Source: a virus
Lineage: Duplodnaviria; Caudoviricetes
DNA length: 33,764 nt
Direction: 5' to 3' (one strand)
IMG/VR virus record: IMGVR_UViG_3300048670_000723
Span: 1-33,764 of that record
The notes under the pieces are model-generated. The model made no database searches and was not told the origin of the DNA. It saw nothing but the letters and a program-made list of their open reading frames with translations. Shown here piece by piece: positions 15,483-24,139 of this stretch (positions are counted from its first letter, which is position 1; each line of letters opens with the position of its first letter). The position numbers and the translations under genes were made by a program.

Positions 15483-16868
15483 TTATGTAGCACTTTTATC
15501 ATCAGCGATGGATACTTGGAGAAACTGCTTGTTAATCCCACCAAACCCTCTTCTCTTGGGCTGCACGTTATACCATCCCTTTCGCCTTCGGCCGCCGCCT
15601 TCCTTGAACGGCTCAACCGAGAAGTTCTGGACGACGTCATTAGCAAAATATGATTGCAGTCTTTTCACTACGCTTTGCTTGTTCTTGACGTGACCATGCG
15701 GATTGATATCCAGCATCTTTTGAATCGTCTCATTCAGGATGAATGTGCCTGGTGCGTATTCAATGTTTTCAGATATCCAAGAATCGACAGCGCTATAGGT
15801 GTCTTCTGCAAGGTCAGCTAGAACTTCATCCGTGTTTGTTGGTATCCTGTATCCATGCAGCGCATAGTTGACTAGGCAATACCCTAGAAAACAGGCAAAA
15901 GAGGCGTCTAGCTCGCTTTGAACGTCTCTTAGCTGTCCTTGCCTAGGTTTACTCTCAATATAGCGCAGTCGCCTTCTTTGGGCCATAGAATTGTCAAATG
16001 ACGGCGTGTTGTTCGATGTAAACATAAAGGCCAGTCGGCTTTTGATTATGACGTGCGGCCTGCCCTTTCGCTCAATCAAAAGAGTCTTGTTGCCGCCTGT
16101 GAATTCTTTGACACGGTCAGTCATAAAGTTTCCTTTCGGCACTTCATCTATTCGCACGAACCGCCGATTGATAAGCGGCTCACCGCCGAATCGGCTATGA
16201 AAGTCATTGAACGATAGCGGAGTGGCTGTTGCTCCCATGTTCCTAAAGAACAAGTCTGATAACTCACCTTTCCCGTCCGATCCCTCGCCGTACCAGTACA
16301 GCAGCTCGCTTGATGGCGCGTCTTCACTGACCACGCGGCCAAAAAAGCAAGTGAGAATATCCCACATGTCAGGTGATGCTAGTTGCCCTTTGAGATCGTG
16401 AAAGAATTGCGGTAGCTGCTCCATCAAAGTGTGAAGGAATGCTTGACGGTCCTCATCGGCTATTGTCCGAGATAGGTTGAAGTCAACCGGCAATCTATGG
16501 AGCACATAAGGCCTGCTTGAATAGTCACCATCTAGTGGAGTGTCGCCAACTGCTACGATAGTTTCGTGGCTTTCACTAAGCGCAAACGTCGCCTCGATAT
16601 GCTGCATTATGAAGCTTATTTCTGCAGGCCAAAGCTTTCCATATTCACCAAGATTATACAGCGGATCAAGGCTAACCTCTTCGCCTTTCTTGATTAACAT
16701 GTGTTTGATTTGTTCTCTGTCTAGCGTCTTAACCGTCTTGGTCTCTTCGCTTGTGACTTGGTAGAAATTACCTAGGTGATACTTGTTTGCCGGGTCATCT
16801 TGGAACCAGCGTTGAATGTATCCGCGTAAGTGGGATTTTAGCTCTTGTTTATCGCTTTCTTTTGACAT
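15483..16868 (-). CDS. D5/P4-type superfamily 3 helicase (no recognisable primase domain)
   Basis: Walker A YWYGEGSDGKG, Walker B FVRIDE, VKEFTGG..IERKG, motif C FTSNNTP, RRRL, and a C-terminal wHTH-like region ending RRRKGWYNV. Confidence 0.85.
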   Translation of the reverse strand: MSKESDKQELKSHLRGYIQRWFQDDPANKYHLGNFYQVTSEETKTVKTLDREQIKHMLIKKGEEVSLDPLYNLGEYGKLWPAEISFIMQHIEATFALSESHETIVAVGDTPLDGDYSSRPYVLHRLPVDFNLSRTIADEDRQAFLHTLMEQLPQFFHDLKGQLASPDMWDILTCFFGRVVSEDAPSSELLYWYGEGSDGKGELSDLFFRNMGATATPLSFNDFHSRFGGEPLINRRFVRIDEVPKGNFMTDRVKEFTGGNKTLLIERKGRPHVIIKSRLAFMFTSNNTPSFDNSMAQRRRLRYIESKPRQGQLRDVQSELDASFACFLGYCLVNYALHGYRIPTNTDEVLADLAEDTYSAVDSWISENIEYAPGTFILNETIQKMLDINPHGHVKNKQSVVKRLQSYFANDVVQNFSVEPFKEGGGRRRKGWYNVQPKRRGFGGINKQFLQVSIADDKSAT

Positions 16869-16940
16869 AATATATCAGAGCTCCTTACTAGGGTTGCACA
16901 TCAATTCCCAGCCATGCACCACACATGAGCTGGGATTTTC

Positions 16941-16987
16941 ATTTTACTCCGCTCCGATTTGACTTGCAAACATGCCGCAAGTAAATT
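16941..16987. promoter_or_regulatory. Back-to-back sigma-70 promoters with a shared inverted repeat
   Basis: Minus: TTGCAA (16969-16964)-17-TAAAAT (16946-16941). Plus: TTGACT (16959-16964)-17-TAAATT (16982-16987). Inverted repeat ACTTGC-N9-GCAAGT (16962-16982). Confidence 0.7.
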
Positions 16988-16993
16988 GATTGG

Positions 16994-17563
16994 ATGAATA
17001 CAGAGCCAAGAAAAAGAATTAGGGACAAGATTATAGATTCAATTCTATATCCTGAAAATCCTCTTCTCACTTACCGTAACATCAAAGAGAAGACCAAGGG
17101 ACAGCTGCTCAAGTCTGTTGAAGCAGTATCTAGCGATGTGACCTATTATGTGCCACCTGGCGAACGTAACAATCAATGCGAATCAAAAGTACAGTCCGAG
17201 ATTATAAAGCACTTGAAAGCTAAAGGTTGGTTCGTTCAGAAGTTCAAGCCTGTTAACTTAGTTGGCTCAATCAACCGCGACCTAAGACTAGTCCCAACTG
17301 ACCGGGGAGTGCCCGATATCCTCTGCTGCTGGAATGGCAAGTTCATTGCCTTTGAAGTCAAAGCGCCCAGAGTCAATGCCCAGGTCAGCAGCTTCCAACA
17401 GCGTGCCATAGCTAGGATCAGAGAATGCGGTGGCTTCGCTTACGTCATCCACTCCATTGCTCAAATAGAACAGATCATCAAAGACACTAACAACTTTGAG
17501 AATCAACTTGACTCTCCGCTATGCTTAACATACAAGCTGTATCAGCAAGGTCATCGTTATTAG
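16994..17563 (+). CDS. VRR-NUC domain nuclease (Holliday junction resolvase-like)
   Basis: ESKVQSEIIKHL, GVPDIL, FIAFEVKAP, VSSFQ, GGFAYVIHS. Confidence 0.9.
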   Translation: MNTEPRKRIRDKIIDSILYPENPLLTYRNIKEKTKGQLLKSVEAVSSDVTYYVPPGERNNQCESKVQSEIIKHLKAKGWFVQKFKPVNLVGSINRDLRLVPTDRGVPDILCCWNGKFIAFEVKAPRVNAQVSSFQQRAIARIRECGGFAYVIHSIAQIEQIIKDTNNFENQLDSPLCLTYKLYQQGHRY

Positions 17564-17571
17564 AGGCCACA

Positions 17572-17883
17572 ATGGCACACGTTTATCTTGAGCCCCCAAG
17601 CCTGTCCGATATGTGTTGGTTCTGTATTCAACGATTCAAGACCTATCACATCTTCAGCGGAGACAATGGACGTTTCTATGAAGCTGACGACCTAGGATCG
17701 CGTGACGTGCCCGTAAACCACGTTAGGTGCATGTTGGCCCGCGACCTTCACGCTAAGTTTTTTGTGACCAGTAAGGTGCGGAAGGTTGTTATCGATAAAG
17801 TCATAGAGGCTATCTTTCAACAGGCAAAGAAGCACGCAGAAAGGGTCAGGAATGAACTATCTAGTTCAGATATTTCGTATTGA
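17572..17883 (+). CDS. Hypothetical protein, weakly resembling the helicase N-terminal domain
   Basis: ATG 17572 with GAGG RBS; IQRF..GRFYE..VRCML pattern. Confidence 0.65.
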   Translation: MAHVYLEPPSLSDMCWFCIQRFKTYHIFSGDNGRFYEADDLGSRDVPVNHVRCMLARDLHAKFFVTSKVRKVVIDKVIEAIFQQAKKHAERVRNELSSSDISY

Positions 17884-18106
17884 CGACTTGGGGCATGAGG
17901 TCTTTGTTGGTGAAAGTAGATTCCATCTGCTGTCCGATGCCAAGCACAACGCCAACTGTCATGGTCCGGATTACAGGGCTGTGGTCAGCAATAATAGACT
18001 TGTATACGTCAAAGAGTTTGGTGAGGGCGCCCTACCAATGACAGATCGCCTCGCGGTAGTTGTGGCTGAGTATCAAGAGAAGGAAACAGAAAATGAAAGT
18101 AACTGA
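17852..18106 (+). CDS. Hypothetical protein
   Basis: 84 aa, overlapping both neighbours in a tightly packed operon. Confidence 0.65.
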   Translation: MNYLVQIFRIDDLGHEVFVGESRFHLLSDAKHNANCHGPDYRAVVSNNRLVYVKEFGEGALPMTDRLAVVVAEYQEKETENESN

Positions 18107-18464
18107 AAGCGGCTGGTACCGCACACGGGATGGCAGGTTGGCGGAGGTGGTGGTTAGTGATTTTAAGCACGGTCGGCCTGTGATTGGTTATATCATTGGC
18201 GAGGGTTTTTATCTTCAGTGGGCGCTTACTGGGGATTGCGATGCCGTCATTGACCATGCAGACGACCTCGTAGAATACCTTGGTAAGGAACGGCCAAAGC
18301 AAAAGAAGACGGTTAAGATGGCTCCGGCTTTATTTTATTTTGACGGAATCTATGGTGTCTCGACCCACCTCTACAAATCGGAACAGCAAGCAAAAAGCCA
18401 GCTTTCAATCTTCGTCCGCTGGCTCATAGACACCCACGCGGTTGAAGTGGAGGTGGAGGAATAA
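18093..18464 (+). CDS. Hypothetical phage protein (YRTRDGR motif)
   Basis: ATG 18093 after AAGGA; GWYRTRDGRLAEVV...DDLVEY domain plus a C-terminal module. Confidence 0.7.
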   Translation: MKVTESGWYRTRDGRLAEVVVSDFKHGRPVIGYIIGEGFYLQWALTGDCDAVIDHADDLVEYLGKERPKQKKTVKMAPALFYFDGIYGVSTHLYKSEQQAKSQLSIFVRWLIDTHAVEVEVEE

Positions 18465-19009
18465 TGGCTAGGGGAACAAAAAGAAAAAGCAAGACTTATG
18501 AAGCTGAGCGCCTATTAACTCCTGAGTTTCTAAACCAAATATTGTTTTATAAAGACGGAAACTTATATTGGAAACATGACAGAAGGAATATGAAGCTTGC
18601 TAACAAAAAAGCCGGGTCTCCCGATGGTTTTGGTCATATAATAATAGGCATAAACTATGTTAAATTTGCCGCGCACCGCCTTGTATGGATTATGTTTCAC
18701 GGTAAATCCTGTGAGCATGATATTGATCATATAAACAGAGATCCAAAAGATAACAGAATAGAAAACCTTAGGCCCACAAATGATATGTTAAACAGGGCTA
18801 ACGCAAAATTAAACGACAAAAATAAAAATGGATTTAAGGGTGTTTGGTACAGGCATGACAGAGGCAAATATGCTGGAATAATTAGGGTAAATAAAAAAAT
18901 AAAATACCTCGGTCATTACAATACAGCAAAAGAAGCCGCGATAGCATACAACAACGCAGCGCTTATGTATTTTGGAGAATTTGCCTCCATTAATAAATTT
19001 AAGGATTAA
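18464..19009 (+). CDS. HNH homing endonuclease with C-terminal AP2 domain
   Basis: AHRLVW, IDHINRDPKDNRIENLR, GFKGV..YLGHYNTAKEAAIAYNNAALMYFGEFASIN. Visibly AT-rich relative to its flanks. Confidence 0.93.
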   Translation: MARGTKRKSKTYEAERLLTPEFLNQILFYKDGNLYWKHDRRNMKLANKKAGSPDGFGHIIIGINYVKFAAHRLVWIMFHGKSCEHDIDHINRDPKDNRIENLRPTNDMLNRANAKLNDKNKNGFKGVWYRHDRGKYAGIIRVNKKIKYLGHYNTAKEAAIAYNNAALMYFGEFASINKFKD

Positions 19010-19014
19010 CGCTC

Positions 19015-19326
19015 ATGTTTTTAGAAGACATTCTTCCGCAGATTCGAGCCGGACGGAAGGCCAGGCGAACATCGTGGGAAAGCGGCACGAATCCCATCAC
19101 CACCTCGTCAACGTGGATTGAGTTTTCACAAATAATGGCAGACGACTGGGAACTAGTGCCGGAGCCGAAGCCAAAAAAGTTTCAATCTTGGGTTAAGCTT
19201 TACGATAACGGATCTGTTTTTGGTTACAACTCCCTGGAGGAAGCAATGAAAAGTTTGACTTTAGCGGAGCACAACGGAAAGGCAAAGCTAGTCGAAACCC
19301 GCGAGATTGAGTGGAGCGTGGAATGA
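19015..19326 (+). CDS. DUF2829/Tad2-like domain protein with C-terminal extension
   Basis: IRAGRKARRTSW ... QIMADDWELV signature. Confidence 0.65.
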   Translation: MFLEDILPQIRAGRKARRTSWESGTNPITTSSTWIEFSQIMADDWELVPEPKPKKFQSWVKLYDNGSVFGYNSLEEAMKSLTLAEHNGKAKLVETREIEWSVE

Positions 19327-19547
19327 AGCTACACGAACTAACTCCTGTTCTACTTAATGGCGGGATCATCAGAAGATCGCACTGGCCAAAGGGAATGATA
19401 TTCATCGGCGAGAACGGTTTTGAATGGGTGACTGATTATGTTGCTGGTTCAGAATATGATCTAACTATGAGTGATCTTGATGCTGACAATTGGGAAGTTG
19501 TAAATTTGAAGGCAAACATTGAAGACTCGTATGAGGGTTACGAATAA
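19323..19547 (+). CDS. DUF2829/Tad2-like protein
   Basis: LLNGGIIRRSHWPKGMIFI ... SDLDADNWEVV signature; ATGA coupling to the previous gene. Confidence 0.65.
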   Translation: MKLHELTPVLLNGGIIRRSHWPKGMIFIGENGFEWVTDYVAGSEYDLTMSDLDADNWEVVNLKANIEDSYEGYE

Positions 19548-19852
19548 TGGACTTTGCAGACGCACACCGCCGAGCTTGGGAACATCAAGACCATAAACGG
19601 CATGCTTGGGACATACTCATAGAGCAGTCAGAAAAGCTGTCTTGTGGGCGTCGCGGGTGCATCTATGCTCTTAAAGACAGTAGTCAACCGAGTGAATGCG
19701 AGTGTCACCGCATGTTGGTGGATAGGGAATTCTTTACAGACTTAGCAAATTATATCAAAGGAAACTTTGAAAGCATAATCCCTCTGGCTACATCAAAGGC
19801 ATTAGCTGATGAGCGGTTTTATAGTCTTATGTGTCCTAAGGATGACAAATGA
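19547..19852 (+). CDS. Hypothetical Cys-containing protein
   Basis: TAATG coupling; CGRRGC...CECH possible metal site. Confidence 0.65.
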   Translation: MDFADAHRRAWEHQDHKRHAWDILIEQSEKLSCGRRGCIYALKDSSQPSECECHRMLVDREFFTDLANYIKGNFESIIPLATSKALADERFYSLMCPKDDK

Positions 19853-20070
19853 ATTGGGTTCCATCATTTCTGTATTTTTGGGTTCTTGCCAATCCTAAAA
19901 ATAGAAGAAGGTTGCGATATCGAGGGACTACGTCCATGCACTACGTCCGCGCACAGCAATCGATAAAATATATGGACACTGAGCTTGTAATGCGTGGGGC
20001 CGGTTTTAAACATGAGCAGGATTCAGACGTAGTAATGCAGATAATTAGGAAGAGCAAAAATGAAACATAA
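19849..20070 (+). CDS. Hypothetical protein
   Basis: 73 aa, ATGA coupling. Confidence 0.55.
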   Translation: MNWVPSFLYFWVLANPKNRRRLRYRGTTSMHYVRAQQSIKYMDTELVMRGAGFKHEQDSDVVMQIIRKSKNET

Positions 20071-20335
20071 AGCAATCCTAGCACTCCAAAAAGATGGCAA
20101 GGTTTTTGTTTGCGAGACTGTGGTTGAGTGTCAGTTTTGGAAGTTGCACAAGGACACTGTGGGGATGCGGGAGATAGAATGGGAAACAAAAGAGCCCGTC
20201 CGAGTTGCTGATTATTTGGTGCCTTTTGGGCGACATATTTACGACAACAAGATCTATGACAAACAAACCCACCCCACCGGCCAGCAACCAGAGGGCAGCG
20301 TGATGGTGCCAGGAAGTGAGAAGGATCAGGAATGA
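20060..20335 (+). CDS. Hypothetical protein
   Basis: 91 aa, AGGA RBS, overlaps neighbours. Confidence 0.65.
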   Translation: MKHKAILALQKDGKVFVCETVVECQFWKLHKDTVGMREIEWETKEPVRVADYLVPFGRHIYDNKIYDKQTHPTGQQPEGSVMVPGSEKDQE

Positions 20336-20556
20336 AGTACGTCTTACCTATCGGCCTTGTAGCCGGAACGGAAACTACCTGCAACTCCTGCGCCCTACTC
20401 GACAAATACAAAAGAGAATGCAGAGTGCCGCGCTGGAATGTCGAAAAACAATTTAGCTATATGCAGCCGATTATTTATTGCAACAAACTCAAATGGAACC
20501 GGCCAGAAGATTGTCCGCTTGAGCAGGTTGAAAGGTGGCCGAATGAGCGAGATTAA
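20332..20556 (+). CDS. Small Cys-rich protein
   Basis: CNSC...EC...YC...RPEDCPLEQV; ATGA coupling. Confidence 0.65.
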   Translation: MKYVLPIGLVAGTETTCNSCALLDKYKRECRVPRWNVEKQFSYMQPIIYCNKLKWNRPEDCPLEQVERWPNERD

Positions 20557-20986
20557 GCGGTACAGTCCCGCCATTGATTATTGGTACGAAGGAGTGGATG
20601 AATTTATTAGTCCAGTAATGAATCAAGAACCCAACGGCGAATGGGTTCGCTGGGAGGATGTCAAGCACCTGATCCAACCAACTGCCGAGGATTCCTCGGT
20701 ACATGTGCCAAAGCATTTCCATGTTTTTATTGGCGAGGACTATTACCCTGGGTGTGGCTTGCAAGACTATCGGGGCAGCTATGAAACATTGGCCCAGGCA
20801 TTAGAGAACGCTAGAAAAATGAAGTATGTCAAGTTTGCGCTCGAAATCGACGCGGGCTATGCGTGTGTTTTGGAATCAACCCGCGAAGGTTTGAAAATTC
20901 GCCTAGCAAAAGGGTACGGCTACGGTGATTTTTTTGGCGACGAGGGGCCGCCCGATGGATGTCTAGTGGAGGACGAACGTGAGTGA
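20543..20986 (+). CDS. Two-domain hypothetical phage protein
   Basis: ATG 20543 after AAGGTGG. MSEIKRY...PNGEWVRWEDV module followed by a YYPGCGLQDYRGSYETL module. Confidence 0.7.
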   Translation: MSEIKRYSPAIDYWYEGVDEFISPVMNQEPNGEWVRWEDVKHLIQPTAEDSSVHVPKHFHVFIGEDYYPGCGLQDYRGSYETLAQALENARKMKYVKFALEIDAGYACVLESTREGLKIRLAKGYGYGDFFGDEGPPDGCLVEDERE

Positions 20987-21221
20987 ATTTCCTGGGGTCT
21001 CATGCGCAAGATTGCAAAATGAACTGTGGTGCGTCACTAACCTAATCCATCACATGGAAATATTTCTAAACGAAGCCGACGAATCAAAAGTTGGCGATAT
21101 TCGGCATAACCTTGCTTGCATGCAAACAATTAAAGAAGAGATCGAAAAGGAGCTTGTGTCCAGAAATTCTGACGCAAACAATTTTTTGTCCGACGAAATG
21201 CCAAATACAGGACACAAATGA
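20979..21221 (+). CDS. Hypothetical helical protein
   Basis: GTG start with GGAGG RBS, 80 aa. Confidence 0.65.
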   Translation: MSEFPGVSCARLQNELWCVTNLIHHMEIFLNEADESKVGDIRHNLACMQTIKEEIEKELVSRNSDANNFLSDEMPNTGHK

Positions 21222-21262
21222 CCAGCCGCCCCCAGCATAACCGGGTATAACGAGGGATAACT

Positions 21263-21574
21263 ATGGAACCATACATAACCTTTGAAGGATGTAGAATAGC
21301 CTGCTCTGCTATTGAGTATATCCCGTCACCAGTTCAGAGCGGCGCTGGTTTCGCTGTAGAGTTTCATCTTAAGAGCGGAAAGATGCTTGAAGTCATGTTT
21401 GCGACAAAAGAAGAAGCGGAGGACGGCATCAAAGAGTTAGATGAACTCTTCATGGAACGATACAGCGACTATCGCAACGGTCTTGTGGAGTGCTTATCAA
21501 TTGACCTAAAGGGTCATCTTTACGATGTAATAGCAGAGATAAAGGAGGCATGGACAGGTGAGACGCCCCCATGA
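21263..21574 (+). CDS. Hypothetical protein
   Basis: 103 aa, GAGGG RBS. Last plus-strand gene before the convergent tail genes. Confidence 0.7.
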   Translation: MEPYITFEGCRIACSAIEYIPSPVQSGAGFAVEFHLKSGKMLEVMFATKEEAEDGIKELDELFMERYSDYRNGLVECLSIDLKGHLYDVIAEIKEAWTGETPP

Positions 21575-21637
21575 TCAATACTTCACGCCCGCAAGTGCCT
21601 GCGAAGTGCTAGACGATTGAGCAGAAGGGTGTTATTG

Positions 21638-21817
21638 TTAGCCCCAATAGCTCTCAAAAATGACGCACGCGCCAAAGTTTGAGATCAATTCGATCCTGTA
21701 ATGACTGAGTGCAATAGCCGCTTCATTGCAATCCTGTTCAGACTCATAGCGACCGGTATGAACGTATCCATCCACCATGACGCTATTCGGATCAAAACTG
21801 TACAGCGCAAAACTCAT
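21638..21817 (-). CDS. Small hypothetical protein (59 aa), possible fibre accessory
   Basis: Not in the ORF track. MSFALYSFDPNSVMVDGYVHTGRYESEQDCNEAAIALSHYRIELISNFGACVIFESYWG; ATGA overlap with the 653 aa gene. Confidence 0.6.
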   Translation of the reverse strand: MSFALYSFDPNSVMVDGYVHTGRYESEQDCNEAAIALSHYRIELISNFGACVIFESYWG

Positions 21818-23775
21818 TTGTCAGATCCTGTGATCATAAATTCTGCCAGGGTAATCCCCGTTCCTGCTGCCGATACAATGCCGCGAACAAATGCCCACTT
21901 CTCATTCTGTACTTTAAGGTGCGCAATTCCCGCAGACGTTGTTAGCGTGTTGGCTGTCGTGTGCCAGTTGACGTTATCGTGTGAAAACTGCAGCGTGATA
22001 GTTGCAGGTGTCGTCTGAGCTGTACAGCGGATCAATGCATTGAAGTTTAGGCAACCAATTACGCCAATTGCCGCTGATGTAGAGTTGAGAGTATTGGGAA
22101 CAATAGTGCGATCAACTAGCTGCCGTAAAAACTGTGCTGGGTTATGAGACTGCATACGGTTGAGTGAACGGGTGAAAGATGGTGTTGTTCCGCCCACTGT
22201 CTGCACGTATCGAACGCGGTTTCCCATGAGAGTAATCGTTGGGGAACGGTAGATACCTGCGGCTGTAATACGCGGGAAATCGTAAACTTTGAACCAGTTT
22301 GTGCCCGTGTCGTCTGATTCTTCAATCGATACGTCGAGAGTGGGCGTTGTGCCCGATACTGCTGTTACAGGGATATTGACTTGGTAGCTAATGCCTTGTG
22401 CAGGAGTAATCGCCGCGGTGGTTGTACTTGTTGTGAGAGCTGCAGTAACGATATCTGCTGCTGAAATTGGTATCTGTAATCCTCCAGCGGTTAATGTAAC
22501 GGCAGGAGTATTGGCTACAAATACCGGCAGCAAAGATCCGTTTCCTTGCGCCTTGACATCATTGACCACAACAGACGATGCGGCATAGTTCTCGACCGAT
22601 GCCATACCTAAAGTCCAGGTCGTAGTCGACGCCGGTGCTGTTGAACCATTAACTGATCGAATCTGCAAAAACAGTGATGTCGATTCTTCTGGCAGGTTGA
22701 TAACACGAGAGCCGCGCTGAGTTGTCTGCTGTCCAGTTGCCGATGCAACCAATAAATCACTCACATAAGCCGCGCCGTCATTGTTAGACATGACGATCAT
22801 GTGTCCGGGGGAGGCCGTGGTATTGATTGTTATCGCGCCTAAACCTGTTGACCATCCGCGCCGTTGTGCATCATAGTTAGTGCTGGTTGCGGTTGTTCCC
22901 GTGTATTGTATCTGGTAATAGTTCCATCCAAACAGCGAACAGGTTCCCGATCCGCTTGCTGGCCAACCCGCAACGGTAAAGGTCACGTTATTTCCGGCTA
23001 CAGAAGCAATCGCATAACGTCCGGGAACGGCTGTTGCGGAAATGTTCTGAACAGCGCCGACATACATTGATTGGCCCACGTTGGCCGATGTAAATGGATT
23101 GCTTGGGATAGTCACAGTGATCGAAGTAGCTGAGTTGACCGTCACAGCAAGGTTATCGCCAATGACGTCAACCAACTCAAGGAAGAAGTTCTGGTTGGCG
23201 ATTCGCTGCGATAAAATTGTTTGGATGCGCGATATCAAAGAACCGCTAAATGACGAAGTCGATCGGAGAATCGTTTCGGAGTTTGCCGTGGTCCCCGTGG
23301 TGAGAACCAAGTTACCGGCAGACTGCGAGACTCCCTGGCCGCTACCCGTCTGGATCGTGTTAAAGAAAGTGGGGTCGACGTTAGCTAGTACCGATGCAAA
23401 GGTTGTCCTAAATAAATTCTGTTGGGCAGGAGCGCAGATAATTCCCGATGACCCGCGTGCTGCAGGTACTGTCGAGGTCTGTTGCGATGAAATAACTACG
23501 GGTTGCGAGTTAGCGTTATTTGCCTGCCCCAAGGACGGCGTTTTTGTATTGATTGCCGCTAGGGTTGTTTCTGTTGCAGCGCCTGTTGGTAGCGGAAGTG
23601 ATGCAGCGCTAACAGGAACTGCGGGCTGGTTTGATGCAATAACAACTCGCTGAGTGCCTGCCGTTGCGTTTCCTGTATTGACTGCAGGCGCGGTGCCATT
23701 AATGCCAGTGAGATTGACATCACCGCCTCCACCGCCTCCACCACTTGCCGGTAAATGGGTATATCCTGATGTCAT
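21814..23775 (-). CDS. Tail fibre / receptor-binding protein 2
   Basis: 653 aa, Thr/Ser/Ala-rich. N-terminal poly-Gly hinge, PLPTGAATETTL stalk motif and C-terminal beta-sandwich domains. Confidence 0.7.
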   Translation of the reverse strand: MTSGYTHLPASGGGGGGGDVNLTGINGTAPAVNTGNATAGTQRVVIASNQPAVPVSAASLPLPTGAATETTLAAINTKTPSLGQANNANSQPVVISSQQTSTVPAARGSSGIICAPAQQNLFRTTFASVLANVDPTFFNTIQTGSGQGVSQSAGNLVLTTGTTANSETILRSTSSFSGSLISRIQTILSQRIANQNFFLELVDVIGDNLAVTVNSATSITVTIPSNPFTSANVGQSMYVGAVQNISATAVPGRYAIASVAGNNVTFTVAGWPASGSGTCSLFGWNYYQIQYTGTTATSTNYDAQRRGWSTGLGAITINTTASPGHMIVMSNNDGAAYVSDLLVASATGQQTTQRGSRVINLPEESTSLFLQIRSVNGSTAPASTTTWTLGMASVENYAASSVVVNDVKAQGNGSLLPVFVANTPAVTLTAGGLQIPISAADIVTAALTTSTTTAAITPAQGISYQVNIPVTAVSGTTPTLDVSIEESDDTGTNWFKVYDFPRITAAGIYRSPTITLMGNRVRYVQTVGGTTPSFTRSLNRMQSHNPAQFLRQLVDRTIVPNTLNSTSAAIGVIGCLNFNALIRCTAQTTPATITLQFSHDNVNWHTTANTLTTSAGIAHLKVQNEKWAFVRGIVSAAGTGITLAEFMITGSDK

Positions 23776-23776
23776 T

Positions 23777-24136
23777 TTAGACTCCCTTGGTTACTATTTT
23801 GCCGGTCAAGGTTCCTGTGCCGGAAGTAAATGTGTACTTTAATCTAATAAAGCCTGTATTCAGGTCTGCGATATTATAAATCCAATCACCCTCTCCGGTC
23901 ACAGTTACCGAGCTGCCTGCAACAGTCACCCAATTCTGACTAGCAGCGGGCACAATCTCATCATCGGTAGCTTCTACCGTCATGGTGCCCTCCGGAGCTC
24001 CAGTGTATTTGAACTGTAGCGATGCACCGTATACTGTGCGAATATCAATGCTATTTGATGTTAGATTAGCCGCCATGGAGCTAGACGACGCGCCCGCGTC
24101 AGTCACAAATGATAGATCAACAGATAGAAAGCGCAT
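23777..24136 (-). CDS. Small beta-sandwich structural protein (fibre adaptor 2)
   Basis: 119 aa, paralogous to 26354-26707; precedes fibre 2. Confidence 0.6.
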   Translation of the reverse strand: MRFLSVDLSFVTDAGASSSSMAANLTSNSIDIRTVYGASLQFKYTGAPEGTMTVEATDDEIVPAASQNWVTVAGSSVTVTGEGDWIYNIADLNTGFIRLKYTFTSGTGTLTGKIVTKGV

Positions 24137-24139
24137 TTG

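Noticed and set aside
16125-16150. Second TAAAGTTT (sigma-28 -35-like) on the plus strand
   Set aside because: No GCCG -10 element at 11 nt spacing, and it lies inside the helicase gene.
21575-21637. Bidirectional terminator between the convergent operons
   Set aside because: Only an irregular stem without U-tracts is visible, which is not enough to call.
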